This document shows positions 45,680 to 58,533 of a stretch of 64,000 nucleotides of DNA, piece by piece. The DNA comes from Lingula anatina (lineage: Eukaryota > Animalia > Brachiopoda), in contig CM120640.1 of assembly GCA_051362555.1 (NCBI GenBank), forward strand, positions 9,920,001 to 9,984,000. The letters are read 5' to 3'. A program made the position numbers and the translations under genes. The notes under the pieces are model-generated. The model made no database searches and was not told the origin of the DNA. It saw only the letters and a program-made list of their open reading frames with translations. The stretch's first letter is position 1; each line of letters begins with the position of its first letter.

Positions 45680-48600
45680 TGTTCTTGTATTTTATACATG
45701 AAAATTTGAGCTGCATTGAAACCAATCTGCTATAAATTCTTCGCCGCTCGCGTTCGTCGACGGGCTTCTACCTCATGCCTGTGTTGTCACGGAATGCCCT
45801 GCTCACAGTAGTTGAAGAGCAACAATAACACGCGTAACACTGCCAGTACTGGGTGAACGGAGCAGTGTTTGTTTAATAATTGCGGTAGCGGCGACAACAC
45901 AAATGTCTCTTTTTGGACAACAAACGCAATAGAAGTAATGGTTCTGTTGAAGACAACTCTGATTATACATGTATTTGTCGCCTGTCACATTCGTCTTTTG
46001 AGATTCAAATTTTTAAAATTTGTTGCGGTAACATTTCACAGAGGGACACTTGGATATGGTACAGAAAATGGGTGAATCATGGAAGGGCTGGAGTGAAGTG
46101 TTATTTTATTATCATTATTTATTATTATTATTATTATTTGCAAAATATGAGTATGTTATAAAAGGTTTAACGCCCACTGTGTGATTTTAATATTGGAACA
46201 ATTTACTATAAGCCGTGTTGCTATCCAAATTTGATTCTTTATGAAAATATACCAGAAAATGCTAATGTTACTTAAGAATTTATATTAAGTGATTTTTCAC
46301 TGCGATTGGTCTTTGTTTCTAACCAAAATCTATCTTTAATGACCTATTATGACATGGCTTTCCGATTTATATGTCTCGATGTCTGAACTGGTATTATGCA
46401 ATGCCCATTTATTTAAGATAACGAGAAGTTTCAGCACGTTCTCATTTTTATTTTCTCAAAGATAAAGTTTCCTGCGCATTACAGGGTAAAACATCACCAA
46501 AAGCCATCTCCTAGCTACCAGTTACTGAACTGGAATGATTTAATGAAAAATGTAAATTGGACGTTCTAAACCCAATTAAACGCGGCTTTATTTCAAATGT
46601 GCTTAACATTAAATGATTTTACATACTGATACACCTGTGAGAAATATTTTACAACTGAACTAATTTCTTAAAATATGTTTATTTGTTCTTTGCTTTGCTG
46701 TGGCCCAAGAACAACTACAGCACTTGTTTATCGTCCATGTTATAAATATTGCTGCATGAATGGCGTGGGTTGTCCCATATTAATGTCGTCGATAGCAACA
46801 TACAATAGAAAACGTAAAAATCACAATAGCAAAGGCAAACCAGGTCGCGCATTGGCTATAGCGCCTTTTCTTTGGTTTTATATTGTTTATTGACACGAAG
46901 TTAATTTTTCATGAAATCTTTTGTTATGTAATGGAAATGGGTGAAAGGCTGAGATGTAAGGGAAGTGACGGTTGAATGTAAACTTTAAAAAGTACCTTGT
47001 GCATGATTAACTGAACAAATACCGAATTGTTACTGAATCGTTTTACGGGTATTGACGGGGGCTAGGACTCTCTATGTAGGACATATACATGGGTCTGAGA
47101 TTAAACCAACACTTTATGTTTATTGTTAGTTTACTGGGAAGACCTACTCAGCGCTAACTTAACCTACCACCTTACAAGAAGGAATCTAGTAAGGAAATAT
47201 GCCGGATTAACGGGAACTATGGACGTGTAAAACAGGTATGTGTCAGAATAAAAATGGTGACTGTACAGAATCGATTTGGGTTAAACATTTTAATTGCATA
47301 GGCAAAAAAGCGTAAGAAAACACAACACAATCTGAACATTTGCTGTTACATGGGTATTAATGTGTTTTGCAATGTGTAACTTCTGCCCTTGTCTTACAAG
47401 TAGCTTAGATCCGTCAAAAGGTATTCACAGCCTTATAGTAAGACATCTACAGCTAGATCGACATGTTTTGCACTAGTAGACCTATGAAGTCGCACTTAAA
47501 ATAGTGGAGATTTTAGCTTACATAGACTTTGGGTAATATGATAAGTGCTAAATGCTGACATTTTCTCACGTCACGTCAAGACTTATGCTTCTGACAACAC
47601 ACCTTCTTTTCGACTTCCTCCTTCATGCTTTTAAAAGAATGGCTCATCCAGACTCCTGTTTTAGGTGTAGTGTTAAAAGCCGGGCGTGTTTCAGTTCATT
47701 TGCACTCTATCTACGCTTTTGAAAAATATCAAATCAAAAGTAGTTTGACCGGGGGCCCTATGCTTCTATTCCTGACTTAGCCTGTGGCTTTTGTAGTGGC
47801 CCTGGGACTTGCAGGAGCATCAGCGTAATTACGCTTCGAAGAGAAAATCTCCTTGTTAAATTCACCGTTAAATTAACATTAAGGAGCTTTCCGTAGATCA
47901 AAGATTCGACTTGTTAATTGGCATAATGTGTCCGGAACTGGATTGCAAAAATGATGAATTGACATTGAATATCGACATATTTAGTTAAGCTGGATGGAAC
48001 TTGATTAAGGGATCGAGAAAGTCATCATACAGAGTATCAAAAAATTAAAGGCACATGGCAGTTGAATAGTACCGTAGATGATATTTTTTTCATTTTTGTA
48101 TTTTTGAGGTGCCTAGGTAAGAAAATTATCTACCTTGCTTTAAATGTTTTATTGCCGTAACACAATAAAAAATAACCATAAATATTTTAGATTAACACTT
48201 TGCAATTCAAATTTAGAAATTGTAAAAATTCCAGGTTGTTACAAGAGAACATCAATATTTATATTCAGACAATATTGAATACCCCTGTAAAATTAAATAA
48301 AGTGAAGTGTGTCGTGCAGACCAAATCGACCATAACTTGTGGATTATTCTGTAATCACTCACTAGACTGTGATTAACCGCGCGACAGGTAGGCTGTGGCG
48401 ATGGGTTAGAAATCCTCAGATATAAGATTATTGTTAAAGTATATCAATCTTTCGATACTGGATATCTAGACCTATCGTAGGTTTCTAGAACACAGCTGAT
48501 ATATATATTGTGCATCGCAGGTGTAACAGAGACATGTTGTTAGGACATTTAGTGGAGCCATGTGGAAAATGGTCCTTTCATATATAGGTATAGGAATTTC

Positions 48601-49198
48601 AGCTGTTGGCGTCTGAAGGAATTGCTCGATTCAAATTATTTTGATTCAGCACAAGGAGGTGCCTTGGCTTTTATCTGCCATCCACACACAGATTTTATTG
48701 GATTTCTAGATAAGAAAAGATAATTTATGAGACAGCGAATCTCATGGTGTTGTGTTTCAGTTAATGTAGAGTAGTGCTTTGGTACCTGTGTTGTCTTCAA
48801 ACTGTCATCGTTGCCATGAGTATTATTGGTTTTGCATTTTAAGCTTTATCGATGCTTTGACAGAGAGGACAGTGAAATGAGAAAAGCAGCAAAACCTACT
48901 GACGTTTAGTCAAGTCAAGATACGGGTAGGTCAAGTAAATCTAAGGTTTGTTAGGAAGTTCGAAATAACTGAGTGATCTGTCAGTTTTATCGACTTTGCA
49001 GCAAACGTATCAGTTTGCGCCAAAGTGGATTCGTCTCTTCCCCGCTCCGTGCACACCAAAGACTGGCAGACTTGCAACCAACTATCGGTTTTACTACGAG
49101 TTTAAGCTTCATTATCAATTTTTACTGTTCTAGTTTTTTTCTATTGTTTGTCTATTGATTTTTCAGCTCGTCTAGCCTGACGGGCGACATCGGGTGCC

Positions 49199-49243
49199 AT
49201 GAAAACGAGAGCGACAAAAAGAAGACAAGAAGTAGATAGCTAG
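49199..49243 (+). promoter_or_regulatory. Upstream ORF (MKTRATKRRQEVDS*) in the 5' UTR of the 49251-51902 gene
   Basis: gccATG context within predicted exon 49167-49277; stop lies 7 nt before the main accATG. Confidence 0.45.
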
Positions 49244-49250
49244 AGTCACC

Positions 49251-51902
49251 ATGATGCTGACACTTTGGGAGTGGAAGGTATGTCATGTATATGATCATTA
49301 TAGATCTCACTGACATATAGAAATATATAGATAAATTGAAGAGCGCTCCAAGAGGGCAGATCTTCGTCAGATTCTTTTTTAAAAATAAGAAGGAAACTTA
49401 GACTTATAATTGCAATCACTTCTTTCTCTTCAAAATAACTATCCTGAACATTTTATCAACTTTTGTGAAGAACTTTTTGAGACGTCCTGTCCACAAATCA
49501 GCGCCAATTGTAGGCGGACGTAACAAGGTAAATAGTAAATAAGGCATAGGTAAAAATAAAACCCAAGCAATCAACTCATGATAATTTATTGTAAATTATA
49601 CGCAAGTTAAAAAAATATTTTACTACTAGCTGAAAAAAGTAGACTATTTAAGTGAACCCTTTGTTAAAGGCCTGTTGCTATCGCTTTGGGGAACGGATTT
49701 TGGTCCTAAGAGCGGCTACGTTTATAAGTACTGAGAAATGAAGTGGGCTCCCAAAGGTGTCCAACTATAAAGAGGAATGTTTTCTGAAGTTAGACTTAAA
49801 ACGGTTTCTGTATATAGTTGGAGAAGAGGTATTTTGGATGTTTATATTTCGGGAAATATTGAAACTTATGCCAATGCTCATCATAGAAAAGAAAAGAAAA
49901 CAATGCCTTTATGTTCAGAAAATACGACGATATTTATACGAAGTTGTGTGTTTTGGGTCATGTAACATCGAGAGTCGGGCACTGAGAATTGTCCTTTTCT
50001 TTTCAACTCACAGTGGGAACGCGGCATTTAATTACATCGTTTACAGCCATCCGTCCCCAAAGGCGTTGAGATATTTGTATTTCTCTTTTTCGATTATTTT
50101 GACTTATTGGAAGTGTTATTCATTAAGCCTTGCAATGTGCTTTGCGGCTCTTATTTGAGTTGTGTTGCGTCTACCCCTTAGGCAGAAATACAGGCTCACC
50201 TTTGGTGACTTAATTTTTTTTATATTCCAGAGGTGCGCTTGACATAAAATCAAACCAGATAAATGTGCGTTATAAATACACACTCTCAGCGTCTAAAAAG
50301 TATATAAACCACATTCTTAGCAACCCCGATTAAGTAACCGTGGAGGGTAATCCATCCTTGGTTGAAGTGTTAAAACAAAGGGCTGCTGTTTGTAATTTCA
50401 CATTCAAAGAAACAAAACATATTTCATAACACATGCTGGCTGTGAACCATTTATTGTTGTTATGGACACGATTGACTTCTTCTACCGTAGAATTATTGAG
50501 CAAATAAGTTTACGCCTTTTTTTATCACCGCCACGGCCAACCCCTAAATTCTACTTACATTAAAGCACGCAATATTGCGGTTAAGGCTGCTATAAATTTG
50601 ATGTTATGTGAACTTTAGACGATGAAAAATAAAACACACATGTGTTTTTACTTTGCTTTGGTCTATTAAACAGCTCACAAGTAGACTATGACTTTTTCGT
50701 TGCAGAATGTGCATGAGCCGCCAGCTCCTGTATCTCCGATAGTTCCGGGGGGTATGGTGGTTACCCCCACCCAAGAACAGACGAAATATCCCCCAGGAAA
50801 CCAACAGCAATACCACGGTTACAAGAAACACCACGAGCATCTCCATGGAAAGGAACAGGGAAAGTTTGGAAGTAAAATAAGCGATTCTAGGGACAAACAG
50901 CGACGTCACCGAACAAACAAGGCAGGCGGCTGTGTCCTTATCGACAGCCCTAGAGATGAAGGAATACAGTATAGGAAGGAGCTTTTTGACTATCAGGCAA
51001 GGAACAGAGGAAGATTTTCCCGAGATATGCTTCCTATAACGCCACAGAGGAACTTTCGCTGCAAACATCCAGCTGGTATGAACGTTTCCATTAGCGACAA
51101 CAGAAATACTATACCTACTGTAATGTCTTACGACCACAATCTCTACCTAGAAAATGGGGACTATAGAGATAAAGTAGAGAAGATGAAAAGAGTTTACGAA
51201 CTGATGCAAGGAGTAGATCGGAAATATTCCAATTTGAGATCTGCGGCTTCAGTTAGAACTAATACTGCAACTGCAAGTGCCAAAACACCGCCGAAAAAGA
51301 GCGTTCATGACAGTGCAGACAGTGGTTTTGACAGTGATGTGGATAAAAGTTTGCTCAATACAACAGTGCCAGAAACATCTCCAGATAGTCTCAAGTCGCA
51401 TGCGCGTCACGATTCAAAGAAAGGAATGAACACGGAGACGGAAATCGTTCCCCAAGCACAGGAGCAAAGATCGAGTGACAAATTAAACACAGAGAAAGGG
51501 GACACGGTGGAGCCCTCCTTAAAATCCCCGCATACAGCTGAGAAGTTGCCAAACATAAAACGTTCGAAATCAAAAAAGAGAGCAAAAACAAAAATGGATC
51601 AGTCAGAAGAAATGCCTTGCCATACGACCCAGGAAGCCGTGCACTTGCCCTACGTGACACTCCCGAGTCTAGAGGCCGTAAGGGCGGGGAAACCAAATCC
51701 CGGTGGAGTAAGTGCTTTTAGTCTTATAGATGACAAATCGTACAGTAAATTTGCTCGGAAAAGTAAGCCAAAGAAGTCACATCTTGGACAAGCCGTTCAA
51801 GAAATGAGACCCGTTTATGATAGACTTATGCCAGTGGACAGCCAAAGAATGGCCACCGTATCTACGTTATTTAAGAAATCGTCAAAGAAAAAGACCTCGT
51901 AA
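49251..51902 (+). CDS. Orphan ~407-aa disordered protein; join(49251..49277,50706..51902)
   Basis: accATGATG...AAG|gtatgt exon (MMLTLWEWK, phase 0) joins acceptor ttttcgttgcag|AAT in frame with the 404-codon ORF; possible non-coding exon ending 47235 (CAG|gtatgt). Confidence 0.7.
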
Positions 51903-54287
51903 AGATTTTCTTCTTGTGTAAGTAACTGAGAAAACAGATTGGTGCTATTAGATGGATAATAGGTGATCACACGACTTGGAGATAGTTTCAAGTCACATTG
52001 CGTTCCACGTTGTCAACTGTCATTTCATTTTATAGAGCACAACGTCACTTCGAAGAAGAGTCGTTTTTCTTTCCTTTTGTTTTTTCTTAACTGTCTCGCA
52101 GTTCGTGAAGTGCATCGTAACAAATTTAAGTCTATCCCAGAAAACGTGATGGCATTCGTGTACATTTAATGACGTTGTTTTATTGAACGATGAGACTTAC
52201 AGGTCATATCACGGTCACCGTCGCAAATCAAAGCGACACGCGATGACGCGTCACATCTTAGATCAATGGAAGATCAATTTGCAAAGATTTCGTAATTCTA
52301 AATAATTTTTTGTGTAAGTTTGCTGATTTCGTCACGTCTTTCCTGTTAGGAAAGTCCACATTTGAATAATAAATCACATACAACTGTACAGAATTGTTAA
52401 AGTTTTGTCACGTGTGTTCACACAGATGCTTACGTCAGAGGATGTGTTAAATAGTGTTTAATGGTTAAATTTCTAAATAACAGTCCTATCCTAGCCTCTT
52501 GTATTCTTCGATGAAGTCTAAAAATATCTAGGCCGCCAACTGTTATTATGGTAACTTCAAACATCAGTGGGCCTATTTTTCCATGAAACGAGGCTCTATT
52601 TTTAAATATTTTACTTAAGGTCAGAATTCTTCGGACGATTAAATCAAACGCATCTGTGACAAAAGAAACTTACAGTTTATATATAAATATTATAGCGTTA
52701 ACTTTTGTTATTAGCGAAACTTTCAGATAATTTCTTGTAATAATAGACACATTATGTTTGGCAGTCTCGGCAGCCAGAGGACATAAGGCTAAAACATGAA
52801 GTCACATCAATAGCAAGTTTTACCACCTCCGCATTACAGATCTATTTTTTTATTGATCTTGTGTCCTCGTGGTAAGAAAAATGACAATAACAATGACAAT
52901 GATTGTAATGTTGCACTGGACTTAACAGGGCAATCATTCACACTGACGCCCGTCACATATTTCAATATTAAAATATTGATTCACGACAGTAAGTATTCTG
53001 ATATAGGGGGCTACTGGTTACATACTAGTACTACACATGTTAATTTAATCGTATTGTGACGACTAGCTCATGATAACAAGTGCACGATTTCACAAAGGAT
53101 GTCCTCTTTTTCAAGTGATTTCCTTTTTATATTTATCTTATTTTGTTCTACTTAAAAGCTTGTATACCAAGAAAAGTGCTAGACAAAAACCACGCCTTAT
53201 TGTTCAGAGTAAAACCATCAAGAGGGGTTTATACCACTGACTTTCTTTTGACACTTGGACGTCCTGTGCCAGATGCCATCATGTATATAGTTATAGTTAT
53301 ATATAAGGCCTAGATTCAAATGTACACTGTCATTACGTACGCACACAACAGACTACTTAGTTATGGTAATTCCTCATTTAGAAAATGAAAATTCCAATAT
53401 ACAGATTATGAAAAACAAAGTTGCGACATCTCTCATCGAAAAAAAGAGTATCAATGGAATTGATAATTCTTTTTTTCAGAATTTTACACAATAAATTATC
53501 GATTTTTTTTTGGGTATATACATATATAACATTTATGGGTGATCAATCTTTCCTATTTTCAACTGTCATTTAATTTTTCATTAAGTGGGTGCGCATCCCC
53601 ACTCTTCGTTATTACAGATGATAATGACTAATATTCGAGTACTAGAATATAATCGAAATGACGTTGAATTTCATCTTCTTTTTCCTTCCCTTTTTTCCAA
53701 ATATGGATCCTTTGACCTCCTTTTTTTGTTTTATATATAACCACATGCACTTTATCTTAAGTTAAATTGCACCAGTCAAATAAAAATTTTATGAGGGTAT
53801 TATAAACTACATATGCGTCCTTTCCAACACCGCGTAAACCTTGTTTATCTTATTGTACTGTTTTGGTTACCGTTGATACGCGATTATTTCTTGTCTGCGA
53901 CAAGAAGCTGAAATTTATAACCGCCATACAATACCTTTACCTCTATATTGCTGAACTTAATAACGTCTTCACTGCATTATTGATCATCTTGTGACAGGAG
54001 AAAACTGATTGGGTTCATTTTGAACGGGCTTAGCAGTCACGCTATGAAAATGTAATCATTCCGGCTCAGGAAAGGATTTCTGTCTCTCTTAATTGTACCA
54101 GTTTATCCAATTAGTCCGGGGCTGACATGTATGTAGATTTGGTAAAACAATTCCTACTGCGTATGTTTGATTCTTTTTCGTGGACGTCGACGCTCCCTTG
54201 AAGTTTCTCACAGATGTCCCTGTCATAGATCGACGATCGTATTCATTTCCATCGAGCCATATACTTGTATTCTAATATATCATCAAG

Positions 54288-55280
54288 ATGCACAATAGTT
54301 GGAGAGCGTCAAACCAAAGAAGGCTTACAAGAAATAATAACGAAAAGGTCGAACAAAGGCCGTACGTGATAACGACGAGAGAAACAAAAACATTTGATGG
54401 TTATTCCCCGCGACCAAGACACGACATGACACCATCAGTAACTAACTTGGGCTCCCGTGGCTTTCCAGGCAATCGCAAAACCACGGTTTCTCAGATAATG
54501 AAGAGACGGGGATTTCAGCCGACTAAAAAATCAGATTATGATAAATGGGCAAGATCGTCTTTACCAAAGATCTCGCTATCGCAAGAGAAGGAAGGTACAG
54601 AAGTACAGAAACAGCAGGACAGCGATCCGACTGCAGTTTTTCAGCGACCATCGTCACGGCTGACGAGCGCGCTGTTGCGCGATACCACTGAAACACTTCA
54701 ACTTCCCTCCGTCAAATCTCGACCTCTTTCGCCACAGTCACCGCGAGGTTCATCGCCGCGAAAAAGACCGAAATCCATGAAAAGAAGACTGATCGAAGAA
54801 GAGATGAGAAGATGCGAACTAGAAGACAACGATTTTGACATTTCTAAAGACGACAAAACAGAAGTAAAAGAAAAGAAAGTCAACGCCGAGCCGTCAAGGG
54901 ACAGTTGTGTTGATGCCGGTAGACCGCAAGCAACGCAGAAAACGGTCTCATTCAGCGACGACAATAAGTCCGATGCGATTTCACAAAACAAAGACAAAAT
55001 CTCTTCTGTTATTGCATGCAATGATTGTTCAGCATGTCAATTCTGTCAGCGAAAAAAGAAGTCAGAAAATGAGTATTTAAAGTCACTCCCAAGTGGGCCA
55101 CCGCTCGTCTCTATAGACCTTCAAGATAACTGGAGCTACGACTGCGAGTCTTGCAGTTTAGCGCGGCCCGCTGGACGCTTATTCTACAACGACATCAGTT
55201 ATATCAAATTTTCGCGCCCTGTAAATCTTCGAAGCAAGCCTCTAGAAAACGGAGTGAAGACACAATTCGGACATAATTAA
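54288..55280 (+). CDS. Orphan 330-aa S/R/K-rich protein with C-terminal Cys cluster
   Basis: 993-bp ATG-initiated ORF; KTVSF, RPLSP, LPKI motifs; CNDCSACQFC...CESC. Confidence 0.7.
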   Translation: MHNSWRASNQRRLTRNNNEKVEQRPYVITTRETKTFDGYSPRPRHDMTPSVTNLGSRGFPGNRKTTVSQIMKRRGFQPTKKSDYDKWARSSLPKISLSQEKEGTEVQKQQDSDPTAVFQRPSSRLTSALLRDTTETLQLPSVKSRPLSPQSPRGSSPRKRPKSMKRRLIEEEMRRCELEDNDFDISKDDKTEVKEKKVNAEPSRDSCVDAGRPQATQKTVSFSDDNKSDAISQNKDKISSVIACNDCSACQFCQRKKKSENEYLKSLPSGPPLVSIDLQDNWSYDCESCSLARPAGRLFYNDISYIKFSRPVNLRSKPLENGVKTQFGHN

Positions 55281-57189
55281 AAGAAACTGCGACGACCTTA
55301 TTTAAAAAGTGACATTTATACAAGAGTGTAAATCCAGAATTTTTTTTAACATATTTATCGTTAGTTTCAAAAGGAATCGTATAATTAATGTGACTAAAAA
55401 GTCAAACGTATTGTAGGTGCCCGTCACCTGTATAAGTACGTATTGTCAACACATAACTATCGTTTTTGCGGTATAAAGATCGTACCTACTGGGTAGTGTA
55501 CGGACAAGAAAGGGTCACTTTAGGATTAATACGTCCCTCGAGTAAACTAAAAATAAAGTTAAGGCGATGAAATGTGCTTCAAGGTTAATCATGGAAGTAA
55601 ATTTATCTTGACCATTATTCTTGAATGAAGGTCAATAAAATGATTTATTGGATTAAATTCGTTTTCGTTTCGTATATCTTTAAAGTAATGGCAGATCAGC
55701 CGAAGTCTCCTTTTTAACGTTTTTCTCCCAAACTACAACGAGCTGTCGACAACTGACAGATGTTAGTAATACCTTAAGGTAGTGGAAAGATAGTAGCCGA
55801 AGTTTGAATTTGATTATAACTGTTAAAAGTATTATTTTGAAGGCATTTTCTAGTCTTCGGAAATCTCCGTAATGCCTCGGTATGTGTAATAGGTATCATA
55901 TATTGTCAATAACACTATATATCAGATAGCAGGTTTTGTTGGCCCAGTGGTAACGTCCTTGGATGCCAAACACAGTCTTTTTTCTTTTATGTTTAAAAAT
56001 TATTATTATTATTATTATTAACGGGTATCAGCTAGTAAAGGTGTTATTCAAAGATGTTGATATTCACGTTCTGCCGGAGGGGCTCCATGAGCCAGGAAGG
56101 GCCGTCTGCGTGTGCCTGCTTATTAATGCAGTTTCATATCTTTACATACCACATATCTCAGTCACTGTGCTTAGTTTATTTGAGCTTTTGTTATCTTATC
56201 ATAAAACTGATGAAGAGAGCAAAGTAGCAGCTTACACTCACGGGATTGCTCTTTAATCGATGAACACATAGACAAACTTGAGTATCAACGGGACTCACGC
56301 GAAATGTTTTGACGGATAAAAATTTCTAATGTAGAACACGCAGACAAAATTAAGATAAAAACAATACATATAAAAAGCCCACCAAAGCATTCATTTGAAA
56401 ACAACGACGACAATTCACGACGTAGCAATGAGAGTCAGAACTGATAAGAGCATTTTTTTTTTTTTGACAATTGATTGTTAACAAAGGGAAACGCGAGTAA
56501 AAATCGAAGAAAAAGATCATTGATAAGTAAAGAAAAAGATCAAAGGGGTTACAACAATAGACAAATTGATCTTACTCTGGATGATTTTAATATTTCAGAA
56601 ACATCTACCTGTAATTGCAATCACTTGATTAGTAAGTGAAAGGGAATGGCCTACATTACATTCTGGAAACACACATAAGATGGGTTAAGCTCGTGCCTGT
56701 TCAAGATGACCACATAAAAACAAATAGTCCATTAACGGGGACAGTTATACTATTTGCGCAGTAGGATTTGCACCTACTCCACGTTACTCTATTAACGACT
56801 CCGCAATGTTTGCCAGAAACACTCACGGCCGGGTTACCAGGGTGTAAACCCTCGAAAAAAGGTATGTCAACACACTGTTCATATACATGTCGAGGATGTC
56901 AAAACAGAGTTACTTTATAATGGTGCTTGAATCAGACAAATCCCCTATAATTTGCTACACTACCACTGCTCAATTTAATTTCAAGCTTAATGTCGGCGAG
57001 GGAGAGATTTAGGATGACATGGTAAATACAGTTTGACTTGACAAAAGACTCCTGGCAAATTATTGTGCCACTGGGTTACTTATATCAGGCGTGGTAGCAT
57101 AGAAAATTGTGCATTTAACCTCGACAGAGTATGAAACAGCATCCCGTTGTTGTACATCCTACAACGAAGAAATGCAGGACTGACGAGAG

Positions 57190-58533
57190 ATGCTTAGAGA
57201 CTGGATAGGACCAGCGATGGCTTTTCGTCACTTTCCGCACCTGCCAATCAAAGGAGGCTTGACGAAGTACAAAAGGCAGAATCAAGAAAAAATAACGATT
57301 CAAGGTTTTAAAGAAGATACAACTGATGCAGATATCGATTCAGATACATTTAACATTAGGCTTGTGCAAGATGCTAATTCTGATCCAAATATCGTAAAAC
57401 TGAACTTAGAAAACAGGATTAAAAATGACACAGTGCTAGAGAATGACGCATACGAAAGGCAATCACGGAATCAGTCCACCGATCATAGAGAAGCGACTCG
57501 AGAAATCTTAGAAAATGATTTTCCTCAAGTCTTTAGGCCAAACGTAGAGGGGTTGCTCGATACCAGCAGAAATGTAAAGGTAGAAACTTCCATCTCTTTT
57601 CCATTGCTTAAAGATGATAATTTGGATTACGTTGATCAGTGGGATTTGTCACCGTGGTTACAAAGAGGAAAACCTGTTCAAAAAGAGGAAAGAAAATCTA
57701 AATATGCAATTCAGAGTTCAAGTCCACGAGATAATTTGAGTCTGCCGCCCATTGGGCCAAGCGCACGTAAAGTAACCGACTGGCTAAAATCTTCTCAAAG
57801 GATGTCCAAATGTAAGGAAAGTTGCTCTAGTCAGCTTATGAATACGCAAAGGGATTTAGATTTGGCTTCTCGCCTATCCTCTGCTCATTCTAAATATGAT
57901 GAATATTTAAAAGAATATTCCAAAACCGGACGAAAGCGTAAAAATGTCGGGAACCCTCTATATCAATGTGCAACCTTACCACCCGTCCATATGTATAGCA
58001 AAACTAAGAAAAAGACTAAGAAGAGAAAAAAGAAAAATGGAAACTATAATTATATAAAACTAAAGATGCCAGTAATTCCAAAGCATATTTTTGAAAGTCA
58101 ACATCTTGATCGAGACGGGTCTAAGAACGGGAAGACTACCAGGAATCAAACAAATTGTTCTCAGAAAATAGCTTCATCAATTGCCCAAAAGAAAAATGAA
58201 AATATTTCAGATTTTGTAGCAACACAGGATCCACATAATGATCTTGAAGTCCAGGAACAGGGAATTTGGAATTCAAGCGACAAATTGCAAGATATTGCAA
58301 CGACACAATCCTGCGGCAATGCGTCGCCTCTACTGCAATCCAGCATGGGGACGGAATGCGAATTAGAATCTCAAACGCTTCATCATGATACATGTAGCTC
58401 TAACTACAACTGGGCAACAACAGACTCGGACGACAGCTCCGATGGATCGTTTACTTCCTCTCTTTTCGGTTATCATAGCAACTGTAGTAGTCCGCAAAGT
58501 TTTGAGGGCGATGACTTATCAGTGAAAAGCTGA
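57190..58533 (+). CDS. Orphan 447-aa disordered protein with Lys-rich patch and acidic/Ser-rich tail
   Basis: 1344-bp ATG-initiated ORF; LSLPPIG, TLPPV, KTKKKTKKRKKK; no family recognised. Confidence 0.72.
   Translation: MLRDWIGPAMAFRHFPHLPIKGGLTKYKRQNQEKITIQGFKEDTTDADIDSDTFNIRLVQDANSDPNIVKLNLENRIKNDTVLENDAYERQSRNQSTDHREATREILENDFPQVFRPNVEGLLDTSRNVKVETSISFPLLKDDNLDYVDQWDLSPWLQRGKPVQKEERKSKYAIQSSSPRDNLSLPPIGPSARKVTDWLKSSQRMSKCKESCSSQLMNTQRDLDLASRLSSAHSKYDEYLKEYSKTGRKRKNVGNPLYQCATLPPVHMYSKTKKKTKKRKKKNGNYNYIKLKMPVIPKHIFESQHLDRDGSKNGKTTRNQTNCSQKIASSIAQKKNENISDFVATQDPHNDLEVQEQGIWNSSDKLQDIATTQSCGNASPLLQSSMGTECELESQTLHHDTCSSNYNWATTDSDDSSDGSFTSSLFGYHSNCSSPQSFEGDDLSVKS

Noticed and set aside
49757-50158. 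133-aa GTG-initiated ORF
   Set aside because: Lies in the predicted intron 49278-50705 with AT-driven random composition.
50604-51137. 177-aa minus-strand ORF
   Set aside because: Antisense shadow of the 50706-51902 exon.
55938-55970. tggcccagtggtaa, resembling a tRNA/SINE A-box
   Set aside because: No B-box or cloverleaf follows; at most a tiny SINE fragment.
56205-56310. CTGATGA followed by an agagcaa/ttgctct stem
   Set aside because: No GAAA box adjoining the stem; does not form a hammerhead.
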